This document shows positions 57,852 to 64,000 of a stretch of DNA of 64,000 nt, piece after piece; position 1 is the stretch's first letter; each line of letters begins with the position of its first letter. Origin of the DNA: Tubulanus polymorphus (taxonomy: Eukaryota; Animalia; Nemertea); assembly GCF_964204645.1 (NCBI RefSeq), contig NC_134025.1, forward strand, positions 12,338,001 to 12,402,000. The letters are read 5' to 3'. Below the pieces are notes generated by a model. It worked only from the letters and a program-made list of their open reading frames with translations. It searched no databases and was not told the origin of the DNA. The position numbers and the translations under genes are program-made.

Positions 57852-58260
57852 AATTATCCTGTTACAAATCAAAACAATTCAATTCAATTCAATCAAATTA
57901 TATTTGTAAATAAAATTCTTACGGAAAAAAAGAAATCAGGGATAACCCCCAAACCGAACGGACTCACCGTTACGAGAGTGAAAACTCCCTAATATCCTAA
58001 TTCCCAGATTTTTACGGCGAAAAAATCCAACGCGTTCTACTGCGAGAACGCCAAGAAAAAAGATGGCGGATTTCGCCGGTGGCTAAATGCAATACCGCAG
58101 GGCCGGGTCGTATAGAAAAACCATTGGCGATAAATCCAAATTTAGAAAATATTGGCAAAAACCATAGGAAAGGGTACAGTACTCGACGGAAATATTACGT
58201 ACATACTGGTTATAGAGGACAGTTGAATAAAATCCAGAAGTTACAGAAAATTGAACTTAC

Positions 58261-58383
58261 AATTTGTTTGATTCTGAGCACACAGGATATTGCTTGCTTA
58301 GCAAGTTATAGAAATAAGGCAGCGTAAAATCAGCACCTAATACGCCGATTACAGGATCAGCAGATTGATGATCTCTGGTTTGG
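58261..58383 (-). CDS. CACHD1: CACHD1-like exon
   Basis: PVIGVLGADFTLPYFYNLLSKQYPVC resembles the CACHD1 G.DFTL.YFY motif; TTCCAG / GTAAGT; phase 2 to 2. Confidence 0.9.
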
Positions 58384-58530
58384 CTGGAAATTTAAACAAA
58401 AATAAGATACAAGTTAAGAAATAATTAGCGCATTGCAACAGAAATCTGGTAGTAGGTCTGCTTTATGCTCTTATCATCCTGCCTTATAAGTTGAAGAAAA
58501 CATACGAAAAAACAGAATATGTTAACTTAC

Positions 58531-58641
58531 TTCGCCATGAAAATCGTATGACTTAACGTGATGACGAAACCTGCTCCAAAAGGATCTAATCGGGGGCCTG
58601 TTAGAGTATTCTTGCCAGGGTTAGCTCTTGCATTTCTGTAC
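58531..58641 (-). CDS. CACHD1: CACHD1-like exon (Cache domain)
   Basis: (W)YRNARANPGKNTLTGPRLDPFGAGFVITLSHTIF; TTCCAG / GTAAGT. Confidence 0.92.
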
Positions 58642-58753
58642 CTGGAATGTTAAGGATGTTAGCTGACTAGACATCATACAAATATTTGATACCAAGAAGT
58701 TACAACTGATTTCTATTCACACTATTGATTTTTGAAATGACGTGTTCACTTGC

Positions 58754-58929
58754 CATTTTTGTTGAGTTGGATCATAGATCTTTGGCAAGACAACACCAGG
58801 AATGATTCTGAACACACCATCACTGCTACCATAGTAACGCCAAACAGTGTTTTGAATGAGACCCGTGTGACCTATTAGCCAAACTTCATTTAAATATGAT
58901 GTCATGGTAACTGTGTTTTGGATTCCATG
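58754..58929 (-). CDS. CACHD1: CACHD1-like exon (GC donor)
   Basis: HGIQNTV...WRYYGSSDGVFRIIPGVVLPKIYDPTQQK(W); frame requires TG|GCAAGT. Confidence 0.9.
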
Positions 58930-59121
58930 CTGTAAACAAATGAATCTAAGTATAAACAACTTTGCTGTAAGGCAATACCTGAAAAATATTTGAATCTGTT
59001 AGACCTTTCAGCATTTAAAGCTTGAGAACAATTTTGGTAACCGGCTTTCAGAAGTGTGATAATAATTGCAATGTTTTCTTAGTTTTCTTAACAAGTAACA
59101 CTGGGACATATTTCTGTTTAG

Positions 59122-59493
59122 AGCTAAGCTCAGGTCGACTTACAACCCGATCAGATCATTGGATCGGAAGTAGACGAATCTGCAATTTTCTAATCGAGAA
59201 CCTATTCGATATGAGTGTAATTACGACCACAAAGGATTGATCGCAGACTGATCTAAGCCGAATCGTAGGGATAGAACAAGTACCATACCATCTTCTACAA
59301 CCCGATCAGATTGCTGTATCCAATCAGCGATGAGTATTGCATCGAATGATTTTTAGACTCGGCGATGATCGAGTCATAGTTGCCCAAAGTGCTCTTATGA
59401 TCGTAAAGCAATCGGCAATCAGCAGTCACGTGTCCTACTGCTGTTCTTATGATGATCTAGTTTGAATGGTCGTAAGTTGACCTGAGTTTGGCT
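59122..59493. mobile_element. MITE (Harbinger-like)
   Basis: TIR CTCAGGTCGACTTACAACC / GGTCGTAAGTTGACCTGAG. Confidence 0.65.
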
Positions 59494-60454
59494 TAACATC
59501 AATCTAATCAGTGCATGCACTCATTATTGATACACCCTCTACTTCTAATATTCCACTAGTTATCCACTAACAAAGACCCAGTGGAAACCACAGGTGTTTT
59601 TTTTAGTCCAGGAACCACAAACATTTCGATTCAATATGTTTTCAGGGTTCATTGAAAGTCACAACTTTTTTTCAACTAACTACTTAGAAGTTGCGCCAGT
59701 TCACGCATCAAGATACACACAGTTCCAACTGATTTAGATTTGTCTTGTTACCGCTATCAATAAATTGGATTGATTGAATTTGTTCTACTTGACTTTTTTC
59801 GATTAAATTGCGAAACCACACAGCGCCAGTAATCCTGGGAATATTATGCATAGTCATAGTATGCATTTCGTGATTTTTATTAAGCAAAGGTCAAATACTT
59901 CCCGCATGCCTTAGGATCTTGGGAACTTGGTAACCCTGGCCCATGGAGACAGGGAGAATGAGTCGAATACCAGATCAATATGTACTTATCTACTGTAAGA
60001 GACATGTGCTCAACTAAATGGACCACACTGCGACTACAGCATACCAGTATACTAGGCTACGATGTTATAGATTTTATTACTCCAGAACTAATAAGGCCAA
60101 TGAATTGCACACTTCAAATAGATTCCAAATAATATTAAGGGAATTATTCCTTTTTCAAAAGAACCTTCCTCACATGTTTTCAGTATTCAAAAGATATGTA
60201 AATACTGGGGCGATAGCCTACTGGGACTTAAGTTCCAAGATGGCTAAAAATTCACAAAAAGTGCTGACTTTGGCAAAAAAAAAGCTGCCGATCGACTTTC
60301 TTGATTTTGATTGGGAAAATTTTGAAGTTGCAGATATGTCTAGGGTAGACATAATTGTGTGTGTAAACCAAACAAAACCTTGGCTAAATAAGGAAATAGC
60401 TTTCTGACAAATTAGGTGCTACTTCTCTTTGCAAAAATAAATAAACCAAAATAC

Positions 60455-60594
60455 CTTAAAATTAAGATCATAAGCATCAGTTTTGCCAGTTATATACTGC
60501 TCAATTCGGTCAACTGAAGAAGGAGTTTCCAGCATATTCATGTATTCATATGGCTGTTCGAAGCATTCAGGTGCAAATTTTATCACAGACATAG
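60455..60594 (-). CDS. CACHD1: CACHD1-like exon
   Basis: AMSVIKFAPECFEQPYEYMNMLETPSSV...; TTTCAG / GTATTT; phase 1 to 0. Confidence 0.87.
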
Positions 60595-61095
60595 CTGAAA
60601 TTGGTTAAAAATGTACAATTAGTAAAAAATATCACAAGTAGCGTTAAGTAATGTGTACAACTAAAAATTCATACAATAATATAAATTTGAAATGATGCTG
60701 ATATCCAAGCTACAAGGTCATAATTTGTACTGAATCTATGCTTTGGGAATGACTGGCCATTTTATTTCCACTTGACCTAATTTTCTTGTTTCCAATGAAA
60801 AACTTCAAAAATGTACAAAAAGTGCTGATTTTGCCTTAATTATTAAAACTGTAGGACTCGGAGAGTGACTGACATTCTTAACATTGACTGACAGTCTTAA
60901 AATTCAGAATATACATGTTGTATAACGAAAGTATGACGCTCCATGTTAGAATTACTGATTTCAATTGCATATTCCTGCTGAGGGACTATCTAATTCGTAA
61001 TGTTACAATACTGCCTAGTAGTAACTTAACTAATAATGCATCTGCCATTTGTCACAGGTCATTGCATTTTTGTTTTCAATTACACGTTACAGTAA

Positions 61096-61856
61096 AGGCT
61101 GGCTTATGTCGACAAGCACGCAACTTGGTTTATCGCCGATTAGCGGCGACTAGCGGCCTACGAGAGGCCGCCAGTTGCTGCTCTATCGGTTCGACAACCC
61201 GACGCCTACCGGCTCGTCGCAAGCCGTATCCGGCTAGTTGCCAATGTTCTACTCCGGCCTACGGTAGGCAGACAGTTGCTTTCGATCGCAACTGACATAA
61301 GCCCATCTGCGACGCGACGGAACTGAGCACAAGGGTTCCAGCCAATAAGAGACCGCATATACATAGTACAAATTATGACTGCTAGTTAGCGTCGTTCGTA
61401 ATTAGTCATTAACTTTCAAATTCAAGTATTTCGAAACGTAAACCAAACCTACAGCACGGCAGATGACTGGACCGAAGATCTAGAAGCGAAATTGGTAGAA
61501 TTATTATGGTGTGAGCGGCCATCTTTATATGATGGCACTAGCACATTGAATTCAAAACAGAATCAGAAAGATAAAGATCTTAAAGAAATAGCTTTTCTAA
61601 TAGAAATATATTTCCCAATAATTCAAAATAGATCAAATTTATTCTAAAAATGCTTATCACGTGACCATCTGAGCCGTTGCAGTTGCCAGTAATCGGAACC
61701 GACATAAGCAGGGAAGCAACTGAGAGGATCTCGTATACCGCTAGTCGGCCTCAGTTGCTGCGAATCGGAGCGCAGTTGACATAAGCTGGGCTGCGATCGC
61801 GGTTGCTCTCAGTTGCGTCGGTAGGCGTCGCGTTGCTTGTCAACATAAGCCAGCCT
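61096..61856. mobile_element. Non-autonomous PIF/Harbinger element carrying a MADF/Myb-SANT remnant
   Basis: TIR AGGCTGGCTTATGT(C/T)GACAAGC, TSD TAA; plus-strand 61456-61608 reads ADDWTEDLEAKLVELLWCERPSLYD...KDKDLKEIA. Confidence 0.8.
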
Positions 61857-62163
61857 TAACACGTTTCAAACTGGCTACTACTACGGTTCGACAGGTTTTC
61901 AAAAACCATACATGTGTATTAATAACAGCTTCCTTCTATTCAAGTGCACCTTACATTATTTTGATGTAGCAGTATACATGAAATGCTTAATGACGCATCA
62001 TAGCAGTGACTATGTGAGAAATTTCGAAACATATCCTAAATGTGTGTCGAACACATTTGCAACTGAAGGAAAATGAACTACAGAATACATTTTGAACTAC
62101 AACCAAACGCAAATGAACACTAAAGTTTAATTACTTCTAGGCTCTACCATAGCTCTTAATTAC

Positions 62164-62326
62164 CTTTAGTTGAAACATGGTCAAAGTGACTGCATTTATG
62201 CGGGGGTGGCTTTATGTCTATACGATGGTAGATAAATGCAGATGACTGTGGTTGCAAGGATTGTAGTAGAGGCTCCACTTGACCATCAAATACAACCACG
62301 CATAATCGGAAATCTGTACCATTGAC
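62164..62326 (-). CDS. CACHD1: CACHD1-like exon
   Basis: VNGTDFRLCVV...FIYHRIDIKPPPHKCSHF resembles CACHD1 YHRLD...C.HF; CTCCAG / GTAATT. Confidence 0.9.
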
Positions 62327-62580
62327 CTGGAGATAGGGAACTCTATGTCAGCAAATACTCTACAATACAGGGCTATATATAACTTAACAAATATCTGTTA
62401 ATACAATTCTATCGAGATGAAGGAAAATGCTTAAATAAACCAGTAATTGAGGACATCTCAAGGTAAAACTCAAAGAGGGTCGATGAAATGTATATATCTC
62501 AAAGGCAATTAGAGTATCAAAATATGAAAAATCAGTGCAAATACTTAAGTAACAAAGTACAAGTAACAAAGATGACTCAC

Positions 62581-62680
62581 AGTTTTCCAGTAGTAATGGG
62601 ATAGAACTGGTATACTGCTTGTTCCTAGTTTGAACACATCGACAGGCTGAGTCAAGAAACTTTTTTGTCCAGAATGTCCA
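62581..62680 (-). CDS. CACHD1: CACHD1-like exon
   Basis: SGHSGQKSFLTQPV...SHYYWKT; TTGCAG / GTGAGT; phase 2 to 0. Confidence 0.85.
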
Positions 62681-62975
62681 CTGCAAATAAAATATTTCGA
62701 AGAAAACCTGAATATGCAACTAGGGATCTAGGGACACCATGCCCACTTGCAAAGTGGTTTAAAATGTGCAACAATCTGACAAGCTCAATACTCAATGACC
62801 CCTGTTGAACACATACACGTAACCTCGGAACTGACTAAAGGAAAATTGTTCAAATTCCATAGTTTCCCCTATTTTTCTAATTCTGAGGTTTTAGGTTCTC
62901 CAGGATAGTGGCCACCCAGCTGAAGAGCTTCGCTAATCAAGAGATTAAAAGAACATAAATGATGTGACACAGTAC

Positions 62976-63376
62976 CTCAACATGTCAGAAATAACACCTT
63001 CGGCTTGAGCAGTTGGTTCCAACATTCTAATATCAACGATGATCGGCATTGAAGAATAATCGGTTGGTTGTGGAAGTAATGGATGGAAAAGCGTTCGAGC
63101 TGAGGAATCGATTACGAAACTATAGTGACGATTATAGGAAACTGACTGCATCAAATCTGACATTTGTATATCAATACCGGCCACGCCCACAAGCGTTCCG
63201 GCGTGATAGACAGGCGTGGCTGCCGTCATAATCAGTCCAAGACCCAGTGCGTCGTAATACGGTACAGTTAATACAGGCGGTGTATTCAAAGTTGATGGTT
63301 TGCTGAAGAAGTCGTAATATGAGCCCATTTCTGTTCGCAGCTGATCAGGACTTAAAATATGCCTAAAAACACCGGC
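62976..63376 (-). CDS. CACHD1: CACHD1-like exon (first Cache domain)
   Basis: TVPYYDALGLGLIMTAATPVY...LVGVAGIDI...YSFVIDSSARTLFHPLLPQP; TTTTTAG / GTACT; 401 bp. Confidence 0.92.
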
Positions 63377-63493
63377 CTAAAAAAACAAAATACCAATACT
63401 ACCGGTACATAATTATGAGCAGCTAATAGATTCCTAAGACAAAAAATGTCCTCGAGTCAGATGAAATATTGAATGTAGGTTGGTCAAATTTAC

Positions 63494-63573
63494 CTTGGCT
63501 GGGCCATAAGAAATATCAGCAAAAGGCTGTTGAGCCATCACATCCAAAATAGTTTGAGCATTTGCACTTAAAA
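63494..63573 (-). CDS. CACHD1: CACHD1-like exon (gene continues beyond the window)
   Basis: LSANAQTILDVMAQQPFADISYGPAK; TTTTCAG / AAG|GTAAAT; phase fits the next exon. Confidence 0.75.
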
Positions 63574-64000
63574 CTGAAAACAACAGTGGCTGGTTTTATA
63601 GAAAAAGTTATAAATTTTTCCATAGGGGTAAACTCAATTGACCATGATTTGAGTTAAAACGAAGGGACCAGTTACAGCCATGGCTTAGATTCAGGACCAG
63701 TTCAAGACCATCTCGGTTCTATAGTCAATACTATGGTAGTCAATCTAGCAACTTAATACGAGTTTGGAGATTTGAGACCACTAATTTATGGCAAGTCACG
63801 ACTGCGAAACTGCACAAAGGGCTGAGTTGCAGAGCAGTGAACTAACTAAAAAGCAGTCTTAAATCACAAGACTCATCTTGAGTTACTACAGTCAACCTTG
63901 CTTCATTCGTCGTCGGTTAATTCGTATAACTACCTAATTCGTAAAAAATGAAAGGTCCTGATTTTTTCCTTTGTTATTCCCATTAATTTCTATCAGATAA

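Larger units (their letters stand above)
52076..58194 (-). mobile_element. DIRS1-like retrotransposon, copy 3 (most intact; pol frameshifted)
   Basis: Matching ITRs, ICR at 52297-52394, intact gag and YR frames; no TSD. Confidence 0.96.

Noticed and set aside
41947-58194. Segmental duplication or LTR retrotransposon explanation for the 6-kb repeats
   Set aside because: Flanks are unrelated, termini are inverted rather than direct, there is no TSD or integrase, and YR plus ICR identify DIRS.

Overview
AT-rich invertebrate metazoan genomic DNA with spliced genes and many transposons; no prokaryotic features. Two host genes lie on the minus strand. (1) A complete three-exon SAP18 gene (151 aa, 8578-29954) whose two introns are inflated by nested mobile elements. 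(2) The 3' two-thirds of a CACHD1-like (VWA/Cache, alpha2delta-related) gene: 14 frame-compatible coding exons at 40154-63573, including one GC-AG intron. These are followed by three similar-sized, phase-compatible candidate terminal exons (38107-38597, 36916-37376, 33490-33974), each encoding a TM helix plus a different NPxF/PPxY-bearing cytoplasmic tail; this is the most novel-looking signal. Three near-identical ~6 kb DIRS1-type tyrosine-recombinase retrotransposons (gag, RT-RNaseH-MT, YR, ITRs, ICR) sit in introns at 9201-16520, 41947-47949 and 52076-58194, each with different lesions. Also present: Helentron-type non-autonomous elements, Harbinger/pogo-like MITEs, LINE fragments and a 31-bp minisatellite. 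All calls were made by eye; homology names come from remembered family motifs, not database searches.
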